NCBI RefSeq assembly: GCF_006345805.1
Contig: NC_043001.1
Location: 26,846,001 to 26,910,000, forward strand
Length of the DNA stretch: 64,000 nt
Direction: 5' to 3'
Origin: Octopus sinensis
Taxonomy: Eukaryota
The translations under genes were made by a program, and so were the position numbers. Positions 13,500 to 26,843 of this stretch are shown piece by piece. Positions within the stretch are counted from its first letter, which is position 1, and each line of letters starts with the position of its first letter. Under the pieces are notes generated by a model. The model saw nothing but the letters and a program-made list of their open reading frames with translations. It did no database searches and had not been told where the DNA came from.

Positions 13500-14177
13500 G
13501 TGTGTAAACTTTATTCACACGTACATACTATTTTGTTGCTTTTATTGCTACCTGGTTGGCCTTTACCATTGTATCACCATATGCCGATATTTTATCTAAG
13601 GTAGATGTCTGGAACCTTTATGCTATCAGTTCCCTATCTCGTGGTGTCTCTTTGACATCCTACAGTAAAGAATATTTATTGCTAATCCTACTCACCTTCC
13701 TTTCCTCTTTTTTTCCTTCTACTTCCATAATCCTTTTTCTTTTCTCAACTGGCTATTCCTTCTGTGGCTAGTTTTATAACTCATTTGCTAATCTCCAAGT
13801 GGCAATGTGAACAATGTAAAGGTAACAAGGGCCTAAAGACGAGCTAAGCTGGTTTTGTGTTAGTTACAAATTACACAAACAGTTTCACTTTGCCATGAAA
13901 CTTAGTAATCTGTGGTTTACCTGTTCCATTCCTTGTTTTTATTTGTACTTTTATTTGTATTCTTAAGAGATTTTCAGAATAGGTGATGAGGCTTTGAACT
14001 GGGTGGGTGCACTGTGGATAAGGTAAAAGGCCAATTTCACTGCAGGAAATAGCAGCCGAGACAGACAGACATGAGAAGGGCAGAGAGAGAGGGGGGGTGA
14101 GCTGTGTCTATATGTAAATATGTATGTATGTATCTATCTATATACATATATATACATATAAATATATACATACATAC

Positions 14178-14239
<62 letters not shown>

Positions 14240-15051
14240 TTTTCAACATCCGTTTTCCATGCTGGCATGGGTTGGACAGTTTCACCGGGGTCTGGGAAAC
14301 CAGGAGGCTGCACCAGGCTCCAGTCTGATCTGGCAGTGTTTCTACAGCTGAATGCCCCTCCTAACACCAATCACTCCATGATTGTGGTGGGTGCTTTTTA
14401 CGTGCCACCGGCACAGGTATCACAACTTCAATCTCCATTTGATTTTTTGATGTTGATATCCTTGACTCAATAGGTCTTCTCAAGCACAGCAGGTGGCCCT
14501 GCGATCCAAGGTACTTTGGATGGGCTGCGGCTTCTATGTGAAACTGGTGCAGGAAACAGCCATTAACTCACGTTATTTGTCAGGTCTTCGCAGTCACAGC
14601 ATATCTCCTGAAGTCTCGATCTTTCGTCATTGCCTCTTTGAGGCCCAACGTTCGAAGGTCATGCTTGACCACCTCATCACATGTCTTCCTGGGTCTACCT
14701 CTACCCCGGATTCCTTCAACTGTTTGGGAGTGGCACTCCTTCACACATCTCTCCTCATCCATCCGTAGTACATGACCATACCAGCGCAGACGTCTCTCTT
14801 GCATGCTGCATCCAATGCTTCTTATGTCCAACATTTCACTCAAAGCACTTACAATCTGTCATGTGTATATATATATATATATATATGTTCTGATAATTTT
14901 CTTGTGTTCCACTCTGTTGAAGAGTGTACGCTCGAAATGTAAAAGACTTTCTCACTCTCTCGAGTGTCAAACTAATACACGTGCCTGTTGTTTATACACC
15001 TGTCATCATATTTTGTTTTTCTGTAAATTCAACTATATATATGTGTATATA

Positions 15052-15090
<39 letters not shown>

Positions 15091-15784
15091 TGAGTGTGTG
15101 TGTGTGTGTGTAAACTTCATTCACATGTAAATACTATTTCGTTGCTTTTATGGCTACCTGGTTGGCCTTTACCCTTGTATCAGCATGTGCCGATATTTTA
15201 TCTATGGTAGCTGTCTGGAACCTTTATGCTATCAGTTCCCTATCTCCTGGTGTCTCTTTGATATCCTTCAGTAAAGAATATTAATTGCTATTCCTACTCA
15301 CCTTCCTTTCCTCTTTTTTTCCTTCTACTTCCATAATCCTTTTTCTTTTCTCAACTGGCTATTCCTTCTGTGGCTAGTTTTATAACTCATTTGCTAATCT
15401 CCAAGTGGCAATGTGAACAATGTAAAGGTAACAAGGGCCTAAAGACGAGCTAAGCTGGTTTTGTGTTAGTTACAACTTACACAAACAGTTTCACTTTGCC
15501 ATGAAAGTTAGTAATCTGTGGTTTACCTGTTCCATTCCTTGTTTTTATTTGTACTTTTATTTGTATGCTTAAGAGATTTTCAGAATAGGTGATGAGGCTT
15601 TGAACTGGGTGGGTGCACTGTGGATAAGCTAAAAGGCCAATTTCACTGCAGGAAATAGCAGCCAAGACAGAAAGACATGAGAAGGGCAGAGAGAGGGAGA
15701 GAAAGGGGGAGAGAAGTGTGTCTATATGTAAATATGTAGGTATCTATCTATCTATATACATATATACATATAATATATACATAC

Positions 15785-15817
<33 letters not shown>

Positions 15818-15870
15818 ATATATAATATATTATATATATATATATATATATATCTACACATATATATATA

Positions 15871-15922
<52 letters not shown>

Positions 15923-16646
15923 AATACATATATATACACTGTATATATATTTATATATATATATATATATCATCATCATCGTCGTTTGACATCCGTTTTC
16001 CATGCTGGCATGGGTTGGACAGTTTGACCGGGGTCAGGGAAACCAGGAGGCTGCACTAGGTTCCAGTCTGATCTGGTAGTGTTTCTAGAGTTGGATGCCC
16101 TTCCTAGCACCAACCACTCCATGAGTGTGGTGGGTGCTTTTTACGCGCCACCGGCACAGGTATCACAACTACAATTTCCATTTGATTTTTTGATGTTGAT
16201 GTTGATGTACTTGACTCAATAGGTCTCCTCAAGCACAGCAGGTTGCCCTTCGATCCAAGGTAAGCACAGCAGGCCGTCCTGCGATCCAAGGTACTTTGGA
16301 TGGGTTGGAGCTTCTATGTGAAGCTGGTGCAGGAAACAGCCATGAACTCACGTTATTTGTCAGGTTTTCGCAGTCACAGCATATCTCCTGAAGTCTCGGT
16401 CTTTCGTCATTGCCTCTTTGAGGCCCAACGTTCGTAGGTCATGCTTGACCACCTCACCACATGTCTTCCTGGGTCTACCTCTACCCTGGATTCCTTCAAC
16501 TGTTTGGGAGTGGCACTCCTTCACACATCTCTCCTCATCCATCCGTAGTACATGACCATATCAGCGCAAACATCTCTCTTGCATGCCACATCCAATGCTT
16601 CTTATGTCCAACATTTCACTCAGGGCACTTACACTCTGTCGTGTGT

Positions 16647-16699
<53 letters not shown>

Positions 16700-17674
16700 T
16701 GATAATTTTCTTGTGTTCCACTCTGTTGAAGAGTGTACGCTTGAAATGTAAAAGACTTTCTCACACTCTCGTGTGTCAAACTAATACACGTGCCTGTTGT
16801 TTATACACCTGTTGTCATCTTTTGTTTTTCTGTAAATTCAACTATATATATGTATATATATGTATATATATACATATATATGTATATATATATATATTAT
16901 ATATATATATAATATATATATATATAATATATATATATATGAGTGTGTGTGTGTGTGTGTGTAAACTTTATTCACATGTTAATACTATTTCGTTGCTTTT
17001 ATTGCTACTTGGTTGGCCTTTACCCTTGTATCAGCATGTGCCAATATTTTATCTAAGGTAGCTGTCTGGAACCTTTATGCTATCAGTTCCCTATCTCCTG
17101 GTGTCTCTTTGATATCCTTCAGTAAAGAATATTTATTGCTAATCCTATCCACCTTCCTTTCCTCTTTTTTTCCTTCTACTTCCATAATCCTTTTTCTTTT
17201 CTCAACTGGCTATTCCTTCTGTGGCTAGTTTTATAACTCATTTGCTAATCTCCAAGTGGCAATGTGAACAATGTAAAGGTAACAAGGGCCTAAAGACGAG
17301 CTAAGCTGGTTTTGTGTTAGTTACAACTTACACAAACAGTTTCACTTTGCCATGAAAGTTAGTAATCTGTGGTTTACCTGTTCCATTCCTTGTTTTTATT
17401 TGTACTTTTATTTGTATGCTTAAGAGATTTTCAGAATAGGTGATGAGGCTTTGAACTGGGTGGGTGCACTGTGGATAAGCTAAAAGGCCAATTTCACTGC
17501 AGGAAATAGCAGCCGAGACAGAAAGACATGAGAAGGGCAGAGAGAGAGAGGGGGGGGTGAGCTGTGTCTATATGTAAATATGTATGTATCTATCTATCTA
17601 TATACATATATATACATATAAATATATACATATATATACATACATACATACATATATATATATACACACACACA

Positions 17675-17727
<53 letters not shown>

Positions 17728-18883
17728 CATAATCATCATCATTGTTTAACATCCGTTTTCCATGCTGGCATGGGTTAGACAGTTTGACCGGGGTCTGGGA
17801 AACCAGGAGGCTGCACCAGGCTCCAGTCTGATCTGGCAGTGTTTCTACAGCTGGATGCCCTTCCTAACACCAATCACTCCATGATTGTGGTGGGTGCTTT
17901 TTACGTGCCACCGGCACAGGTGCCAGAAGAGGCTGGCAACAGCCACGATCGGTAGTTGCTTTTTACGTGCCACCGGCACAGGTATCACAATTTCAATCTC
18001 CATTTGATTTTTTGATGTTGATGTTCTTGACTCAATAGGTCTCCTCAAGCACAGCAGGTCGCCCTACGATCCAAGGTAAGCACAGCAGGCCGCCCTGCGA
18101 TCCAAGGTACTTTGGATGGGCTGCGGCTTCTATGTGAAGCTGGTGCAGGAAACAGCCATGAACTCATGTTATTTGTCAGGTCTTCGCAGTCACAGCATAT
18201 CTCCTGAAGTCTTGGTCTTTCGTCATTGCCTCTGTGAGGCCCAACGTTTGAAGGTCATGCTTGACTACCTCATCACATGTCTTCCTGGGTCTACCTCTAC
18301 CCCGGATTCCTTCAACTGTTTGTGAGTGGCACTTCTTCACACATCTCTCCTCATCCATCCGTAGTACATAACCATACCAGCACAGACGTCTCTCTTGCAT
18401 GCTGCATCCAATGCTTCTTATGTCCAACTCAGAGCACTTACACTCTGTCGTGTATATATATATATATTCTGATAATTTTCTTGTGTTCCACTCTGTTGAA
18501 GAGTGTACGCTCGAGATGTAAAAGACTTTCTCACTCTCTCGAGTGTCAAACTAATACACGTGCCTGTTGTTTATACACCTGTCGTCATCTTTTGTTTTTC
18601 TGTAAATTCAACTATATATATATATATATATATGTATGTTTTGTGTTAGATTTTCAGAATAGGTGATGAGGCTTTGAACTGGGTGGGTGCAGGGTGCACT
18701 GTGGTAAGTTAAAAGGCCAATTTCACTGCAGGAAATAGCAGCCAAGACAGAAAGACATGAAAAGGGCACAGAGAGAGAGAGAGAGAGAGAGAGAGCGTGA
18801 GAGTGAGAAGGAGAGGGAAGTCTGTCTATATGTAAATATGTATGTATCTATCTATATACATATATATACATATAAATATATAC

Positions 18884-18900
<17 letters not shown>
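13500..18900. repeat. Local tandem duplication of a composite unit of about 1.6-1.9 kb (about 3 copies plus a partial one)
   Basis: Unit start aaactttattcaca...ctggttggcctttac recurs at about 13507, 15111 and 16963. Each unit carries unique DNA, microsatellites and a minus-strand RTE 3' fragment (RGRGRPRKT..EVVKHDLRTLGL..AMTKDRDFRRYAVTAKT). Confidence 0.9.
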
Positions 18901-18928
<28 letters not shown>

Positions 18929-19039
18929 TAATCCAAACAAGAAAACAAAAAAACACAACACGCAAGGACGTGGAACAAATAAAGTATTATTGGACGCTCA
19001 GGAAAGAAGGGAAGAAGGAGGGTTATATATATATATGTA

Positions 19040-20660
19040 TATTGTTGTATTTGGGGATGGTCATGTTGCCAGTTTAGCCAATGAAAATGTATGCACTCTA
19101 TATTTGGTGTTCACTTGCTTCAGCTTTATTTTATATTAATTGTATTTCGGCCAGAGTTCTTTCGTCACACTTCTGTGACCTCATCAGTGGTCCTTTGCTT
19201 TCTTCTTTCTTTTTGTATGTCTATGTTTCGTAAGTGTGCGTGTGTGTGGGAACGTGCCTGTATTATCAGTATCTCCTGTTTATACATGTTCGTTTAGTTT
19301 GTTTTTATTTATTTTGTTCATTTATTTATATCTACTTATTTTTTCCTTTCTTTCTTTTTTCTGTTTTTTTTGTATTTAATTTAATTTATTTTGTTAATGT
19401 ATATAGTTATTTAATTCCTTTTATTTATCTGTGTATTGTATTATATTATATTCATATTGTGATCAGTTTATGGGGATCTTATTCTGTCATAGTTTGTGGT
19501 ATATTGGGGGTGTGTGCTAGTGTTTCATTCTAGTTTCCTATTCAGGCTAGGTTTATCTTCTGTTATGAGTATAGCTTCTGTAATTTATCTAAGCGTTGCA
19601 TCTGTTCTATGTGTGGACAAGATTTTAACTTCTATGTTGTTGAGCGAACCCCTGTGTTCCTGCTCAGCATGCTGGTACAGAACCGATGAGTTGTTCTCTT
19701 CCTTAAGTTCCCTCCAATGCTCATTTACCCCCTCTCCTATGCTCCGTGCTGTTTCGCCTACATACGTCATTGTCATGTTACTACACCATCCCTCTGTACA
19801 TCTTATACTACAGACTACATTCCTGGCTTTACAGTTTGTTTGTGGATTAAATCTATATACAGTACAGGGGGTTCTACTAAAAGGGTAGGTTCTACTGATT
19901 AGGGATTTGATAGGGTTGCCTGGCCTTTCAACAACCTTAATTCTTCGCTTAAGTTTGTCTAGGGCCCTTCTAAAGCAGTACGCCAGTTTGCCTCTAGGGG
20001 TGGAGTCAACGAACATGACACTTTGGTATTTGTGGCTATCATACCATGAGTTGGTCTTCCCTATTTTCTTCTAAGTCCTTTCAATGGTGTTCCATGATAC
20101 GCTCCTATAGAGTGGGCAAATCCCATTCCTATTGTTACGTATGATATTTTCAAATTTCTTCATGGCTCCTTTGTATACTCTGGCCTTTTCTTTATGGCTG
20201 TATCCTGAGAACTGCATGCGGTGAACGAAATGTTGTATGTGTCTCTTTAACTCTGTAGGGTCACACATGCGAGACACATTTCTCGTTACTCTGATGAGGT
20301 CTGCCATCAATATACTGAATTTGGCATTGTCTGCGATAGCTGAGTTCCGGAAGATCAGGTATTTGGAGGTCATAGGTTTGGCATAGTGTGAATGAAGGAT
20401 CTGGGTTTTATTATTCACATCTTCCAGCCAGAGTTCTGTATCTAGTAGTGGTAGTCTATGGTTAGGGTGTTTCGTAGGGTAGTCTATCGTGACCTTAATA
20501 CTCTGGTGGATGGAGTTAGCTATTTGCTGGGTGCTCTCCATAGTATTAGTTTCTATTTCTATTTCAAAAGAACTCTCTTGTGGGGGAGCCTTTACCACTA
20601 TGTTGATATCATCGACATAGCGAGAGTACATGTTCATGAGTATGGAGTTCTGTGTCTGGC
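19040..20660 (-). mobile_element. 5'-truncated Penelope-like retroelement (RT C-terminus plus GIY-YIG endonuclease) with 3' terminal region
   Basis: One reading frame 20637->19525 broken only by stops at 20071-73 and 19585-87: YSRYVDDI, LPLLD, NVVCSIRC...YVGETARSIGE..NEH, EAILI...PSLN. Confidence 0.9.
19149..19193 (-). ncRNA. Minimal type I hammerhead ribozyme at the Penelope 3' end
   Basis: Minus strand: ggacca CTGATGA g-gtcaca-gaag-tgtgac GAAA gaac TC tggcc. Penelope-like elements are known to carry minimal hammerheads in their terminal repeats. Confidence 0.75.
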
Positions 20661-20665
20661 ATTTT

Positions 20666-20705
<40 letters not shown>

Positions 20706-20729
20706 CAATTCTTCTTCTTCTTCTTCACA

Positions 20730-21115
20730 TTAAAACTTTTCCATTTCTAGCAATTCTTCATTTGTGATTTCATCATTGACAGCATAAAAGAGTCTCTTTA
20801 ACATCTCAAGGTGAAATTTCAAAGTTTAGTTCCATTTCAAATTTTAAGGATCGTGTCAGTTTCTTTTTGAAGACCTTCATGAAGATTATCAAATCCTTCA
20901 GAATTGTCAATTAATTTGGGGCAAAGATTTTTCCAAATTCCTTTCATGTTCTTTACGGCAATTTTATCCCATGCTTTCTTTATCAATTTTATTCCATCAA
21001 AAATGTTGAAACTCTTCCCAAATTCCTGAATCATAGGACCATTTTCTTTATCAGTCACTTCAATGAGTCTTTCAAAGGTGAAATGGAGATAGTAAGATTT
21101 AAATGATGAAATGGC
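20730..21115 (-). mobile_element. pogo/Tigger-like DDE transposase fragment
   Basis: ISSFKSYYLHFTFERLIEVTD...FGKSFNIFDGIKLIKKAWDKIAVKNMKGIWKNLCPKL resembles the TIGD1-like C-terminus. Confidence 0.7.
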
Positions 21116-21297
21116 TTACTGAAGGATCTCAAAGAGACACCACGAGATAGGGAACTGATAGCATAAAGGTTCCAGACACAAACAGCTTCCTTAGATAAAA
21201 TATCGGCACATGCTGATACAAGGCTAAAGGCCAACCAGGTAGCAATAACAGCAATGAAATAGTATTTACATGTGAATAAAGTTTACACACACACACA

Positions 21298-21329
<32 letters not shown>

Positions 21330-21333
<4 letters not shown>

Positions 21334-21877
21334 TATTTTCATTTCACTAAATTTATCAAGCTTCTGTGTTTCTAGTACATACTTCGCCTTTTAATGTACT
21401 TATATATGAATAATATATGGCTTGTGCTAGAAACACCAGCGATAATAATTAATTTTATTTTATCGCATTTTGAATTTGTTTACATATTTCTCGATAAATT
21501 TTGAGTGTTAGACAATATACCAGAAATCCCTAGTTTGTCGGGTACGTTCTGCGTCTGCGCAGTGATCTGATTAGTTAGAGAGAGCAAATTATTAGATGCA
21601 CATGTTTCTAGTGAGGTGCGATTTCACAATAACAGGGCTCTTACCGATGAATTCTCCCTGGGTAATTAATTTATTTTTATTACTGAAAAGAACGAAACTG
21701 CAGTCTAAGAGGAACCGAGTTAGTAAACGTTTTTATTTTCATTTCACTAAATTTATCAAGCTTCTGTGTTTCTAGTACATACTTCGCCTTTTAATGTACT
21801 TATATATGAATAATATATGGCTTGTGCTAGAAACACCAGCGATAATAATTAATTTTATTTTATCGCATTTTGAATTT

Positions 21878-21882
<5 letters not shown>
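21330..21882 (+). mobile_element. Retrozyme-like element: 400-nt unit with 153-bp terminal redundancy and one hammerhead motif
   Basis: 21330-21482 is identical to 21730-21882; hammerhead at 21638-21711; no ORF; embedded in (TA)n on both sides. Confidence 0.65.
21638..21711 (+). ncRNA. Type I hammerhead ribozyme motif (variant core)
   Basis: ctctta CCGATGA attct...agaac GAAA ctgcag TC taagag: 6-bp stem I (ctctta/taagag), palindromic stem III, GUC site after 21705. Has U4->C and an A.C in place of the usual G-C stem II closing pair. Confidence 0.7.
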
Positions 21883-21914
<32 letters not shown>

Positions 21915-21917
<3 letters not shown>

Positions 21918-22060
21918 TTGAATTTACAGAAAAACAAAAGATGATGATAGGTGTATATACAACAGGCAGGTGTATTAGTTTGACACTTGAGAGAGTGAGA
22001 AAATCTTTTACATTTCGAGCCTGCACTCTTCAACAGAGAGGAACACAAGAAAATAAACAG

Positions 22061-22102
<42 letters not shown>

Positions 22103-22812
22103 GACAGAGTGTAAGTGCCTTGAGTGAAATGTTGGACATAAGAAGCATTGGATGCGCCATGCAAGAGAGACGTCTGCACTGGTATGGTCATGTACTATGG
22201 ATGGATGAGGAGAGATGTGTGAAGAAGTGCCACACCCAAACAGTTGAAGTGAAGGAATCCGGGGTAGATGTAGACCCAGGAAGACATGTGATGAGGTGGT
22301 CAAGCATGACCTTCAAACGTTGGGCCTCACAGAAGCAATGACAAAAGACCAAGACTTTAGGAGATATGCTGTGACTGCGAAGACCTGACAAATAACGTGA
22401 GTTCATGGCTGTTTCCTGCACCAGCTTCACATAGAAGCCCCAACCCATCCAAAGTACCTTGGATCACAGGACGTTCTGCTGTGCTTACCTTGGATCGTAG
22501 GGCGACCTGTTGTGCTTGAGGAGACCTATTGAGTCAAGTACATCAACATCAAAATCAAGAAATCAAATGGAGATTATAGTTGTGATACCTGTGCCGGTGG
22601 CATGTAAAAAGCAACATCCGAACGTGGCTGATGCCAGCGCCGCGTTGACTGGCTTCTGTGCCGGTGGCACGTAAAAAGCAACTACCGATTGTGGCCATTG
22701 TCAGCCTCTCCTGGCACCTGTGCCGGTGACATGTAAAAAGCACCCACCACACTCATGGAGTGGTTGGCATTAGAAAGGGCATCCAGCTGTTGAAACACTG
22801 CCAGATCAGACT
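21915..22812 (+). repeat. Inverted copy of part of the 13.5-18.9 kb duplication unit, including the RTE 3' fragment
   Basis: Reverse complement of about 17830-18615; same MSEMLDIRSIGC..QERRL.WYGHVL peptide; a further inverted piece lies at about 21122-21300. Confidence 0.85.
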
Positions 22813-23850
22813 GACAGCAAACTTCATTTCTGTCTGTCTGTCTGTATGTCTGTATCTATGTATGTATGTGTCTGTGATGTGTAGTGACTTCTGAGGTTGG
22901 TCATGCAATAAAAACTTATTGGTTGAGCTAAATCATTTTGAAATTAGTTAAGAAAACACATTTAGTTACATAATATGGCCATGATTTTAAACTGTTGCGC
23001 TGTCAAAGACAAATCAGTTCCTTTATCAGGTACTTGCCAATTTTGGGAAAATATTTGACATTTGCTTGAGCAGTCTGTTCTGATACTTATTGAACTCCGT
23101 ACATTAAAAGACTACGTGCATGCACATTGAACGTACACGCATATACATAAACACACATACTATGAAAGACAGCAAAAATTCAACATTATAAAAGGCCCTA
23201 AAAACACTGAACAAAAACCTAGCATCCCTTTTCATTTGTTGGGAGTAGCAAAGATATGAAATATCGCAACATACAAGAAAATGAAAAAATGATGAAAGAA
23301 AATTTGAAAGAATGTAAAAGAAAATTATTTATACAATATGATTTATACATAAACACACGCATACACACACACATCTTTCAATGTGTGTGTTTATATTTAT
23401 GCGTGTATGTTTCAGTCATTTGAACAAATATTTTGAAAATCCTAAAGAGATCTTATGAAAGTAATAGTGCATATGTGTGAGTGTGTGCATAAATTGTAAA
23501 TTAGTTTCAACAAAATGGAAAGATAATTTTAGAAAATCAACGTAAGATTAATTAGCCCTATTATATTTCTGATTTCAGAACTTCTGAAAATTTGTTCAAT
23601 ACAGAGGATGGTTAATGATAATAATTTCAAAGCCTATGACTGAGTGAAATAGATATTCCTAAGTCACTGCAACATTTGAGCTGACTAATTAAGAATTATG
23701 GGATTGTTGATATGTTTTGGTCAGAATTTTTAGGACAAAAGGTCAAACCCATTCAACTATTTAACCTCTGGCATTACCATCATCAGTTACAAAGAATTGT
23801 TGACAAAGAAGAACTGATGGAAAGGAGGGGGAAAGCCAAAGCTGTATATA

Positions 23851-24254
23851 TTTCTTTATTGCCCACAAGGGGCTAAACATAGAGGGGACAAACAAGGACA
23901 GACAAACGGATTAAGTCGATTACATCTACCCCAGTGCGAAACTTTTACTTTATTTGTCGACCCCGAAAGAATGAAAGGCAAAGTTGACCTCGGTGAAATT
24001 TGAACTCAGAATGTAACGGCAGATGAGAAATACCTATTTCTTTACTACCCACTAGGGACTAAACACAGAGAGGACAAACAAAGGGATTAAGTCAATTACA
24101 TCGACCCCAGTGCGTAGCTGGTACTTAATTTACGACCCCAAAAGGATGAAAGGTAAAGTCGACCTCGGTGGAATTTGAACTCAGAATGTAACGACAGACG
24201 AAATACCGCTAAGCATTTTGCTCGGTGCGCTAACGTATCTGTCAGCTCGCTGCC
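23851..24254 (-). mobile_element. tRNA-derived SINE, family C, with an internal tandem duplication
   Basis: ggcagcgagctg...gagttcaaattcc...tttcatcctttt core; flanked by the direct repeat aaagctgtatata (TSD). Other copies at about 9625, 26321, 33376, 37093, 44126, 44792, 49725, 54503 and 57175. Confidence 0.8.
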
Positions 24255-24603
24255 AAAGCTGTATATAACATGGGTTTTTCTTAAAACATGCCTTCCATAG
24301 TTATTTTATGGAGATAAAAAAGAATCTTACAGGCATTGACTTTATAGATATGCAGGGGAGGACAAAAGATTTCATATACATTTTCCTTTAAGCATACCTA
24401 TAAGAAGCAGAGTGGAATACAGCAAATTATTGAATCTGAACGGGTTTCCTTTGGAACAAAGTAACTATTTGAGCTCAGTTTCCAATGATTTGGACAACTT
24501 TTCAATGTGGTTATAAATACATTATGTTCTTAAATTCATTTTTGAGTTATATAAAAAATAAACGGTATGCAGTGCCTGACTAGCATGCATTGCTAGCACA
24601 GCA

Positions 24604-24653
<50 letters not shown>

Positions 24654-26843
24654 CATGTAAATGTTAAGTGATGAATGTTATATCTGCTTTGGTGGATATA
24701 ATTTCTTTATTTGTGAATTAAGGCTACCATTGGTTTCATGCTAAGAAAAGTAGGAAAATATCCTAGTGTCTTAATTTTTCAAGCTGATCACATAGAGAAA
24801 AGTGCTCACTTCCATTATGGAAAACACAACCTTGTTTAGTTAGCTGAGAATCTTGTGAATTCACATGAATATAACAAGGAATCAAGGGACATTACTCTTC
24901 AGTGGCATTTTTTTGTTTGTCTCCCTTAGATTTGTCTTTTGGGCAAATTGTTATGTTGTCAATTTATTTACATTATTTTTTTTTTGTTCTGGGTTTGGTG
25001 TTCTTATACTTGTGCTGAGATAGTTCGTCATTGGGGCATATTTCTTCTGAGTGTAGAGTTTGTGTGCTATGTGCGTTTAGATTTCACAATTATGTATGCA
25101 TGTCTCCATGTGTGTCTGTGTGTATGCATGTGTGTGTATATATGTTCATGTCTTTCTGTCTCCTTTTATGTGTTTGTACGTACTTCTTGGGTATCTATCT
25201 ACCTACATATGTATCTATCATTCAACTTACCTGTCTGTCTACTCACCTACTTACTACCTGCCTATGTATACTGTGGGTATCTCTACCTTCTACATGTATT
25301 TCCTATTTAGTACGGAAGATATTTCATGTATGAGGATGTACTTTTGTATTTGTCGAAGTGATAGGTCCTTCGGGTGCTTGGATAAAATGTGGCTGTCAAT
25401 TCGACCCAGTGTGCCTCCATGTTGGTCTTTGGCATGTTAATAGAATATGGAGGATTGTTTCTTGTCATCATACCTTCTCCAGGTGTTCCCAGATGTCTCA
25501 CCAATGTATGTCATATTTCTGTCCTTACAAGCACCTTTTGTTGTTGACTACGTTTCTAGTTTTATGACATATCATCATCATTTAACGTCCGTCGGGGATC
25601 TGGGAAGCCAGAAGACTGCACCAAGCTCCAGTCTGATCTGGCAGTGTTTCTACAGCTGGATGCCCTTCCTAACACCAACCACTCCGTGAGTGTAGTGGGT
25701 GTTTTTTACGTGCCAGGCGAGGCTGGGAACGACCACGATCGGATTGGTGCTTTTTACGTGCCACCGGCACGATATAAACATACATATATTTAATATAGCA
25801 TGAAAACCATTCATATATTTTATAAAAGATGAAAACAATGACATTTACAGCAAAACATGACAGTCGTTGATGCACAGAATCAGATTTGTGTATATATTTA
25901 TACAACCTCTAAATTTGTTTCGCCACACATGCTCATGAAACTATGATGTAAATAAAGCATCACTAGTTAAATATTGTCACCCAAGTTTCTCCTTGGTAAG
26001 TATCCATCACTCTTTAGTAGTCTGTGTATGGATGCTGTCATCATTTGGATCATCAAAATTTGATTAAATGGCTAACAATTTCATGAGTTGTCAAGATCCA
26101 TTGACTATCAAATGTATTTCATGAATGTATGTACGTGTGTGCATGAGCTTGTGTATATAGATTTTTGTGTGAGTGTTTATGTGTGCACACCACGTTTATG
26201 CAGGTGAAAGTAGAGATTGTAGGGGATGTATCAGGTTATGAAGTAAGTCTGCATAGCCACTGGTAGTTGGGAACCCTGTCCTTGGATGGGGAATGGCTGA
26301 TGTTAAGGTGGTGTATATGAAGGCTGCGAGCTGGTAGAATCATTAGCACGTCGGTCGAAATGCTTAGCGGTATTTCGTCTGCCATTACGTTCTGAGTTCA
26401 AATTCCACCGAGGTGGATTAAATAAGTACCAGTTATGCACTAGGGTCGCTATAATCGACTTAATCCATTTGTCTGTCCTCTCTGTGTTTAGCCCCTTGTG
26501 GGTAGTAAAGAAATAGGTATATCTGGGTTGTAAGCAGCCAGTGGTTTGAAGTTCACCACCACTCTGGTGGTAGCAATAGGACAGTTCATACTTCTATGGT
26601 ATGTCACTATTTTATGATGCTAAACTGCATGTTAACAAATATAGATGCCACAAAACATGTTCAATAGTCTTTTCTTCCATTTATATATGCCTGAATGGAT
26701 GAATACATACATAATTATATGGTTGTATGTATATGAACACACCAACAGAAATGTGTCAAGTTTCAATTGGAGACTATTGTTTGCTGGTGTTGTTTCTTGT
26801 ATTTGAACAAATTGAAGACATAGTATCATTTATTAATCCTTAA

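Noticed and set aside
24720-24910. Minus-strand CUGAAGA ... GAAAccaaugguA as another hammerhead
   Set aside because: The boxes are about 160 nt apart and stem I does not pair after the putative UH site; at best a decayed Penelope terminus.
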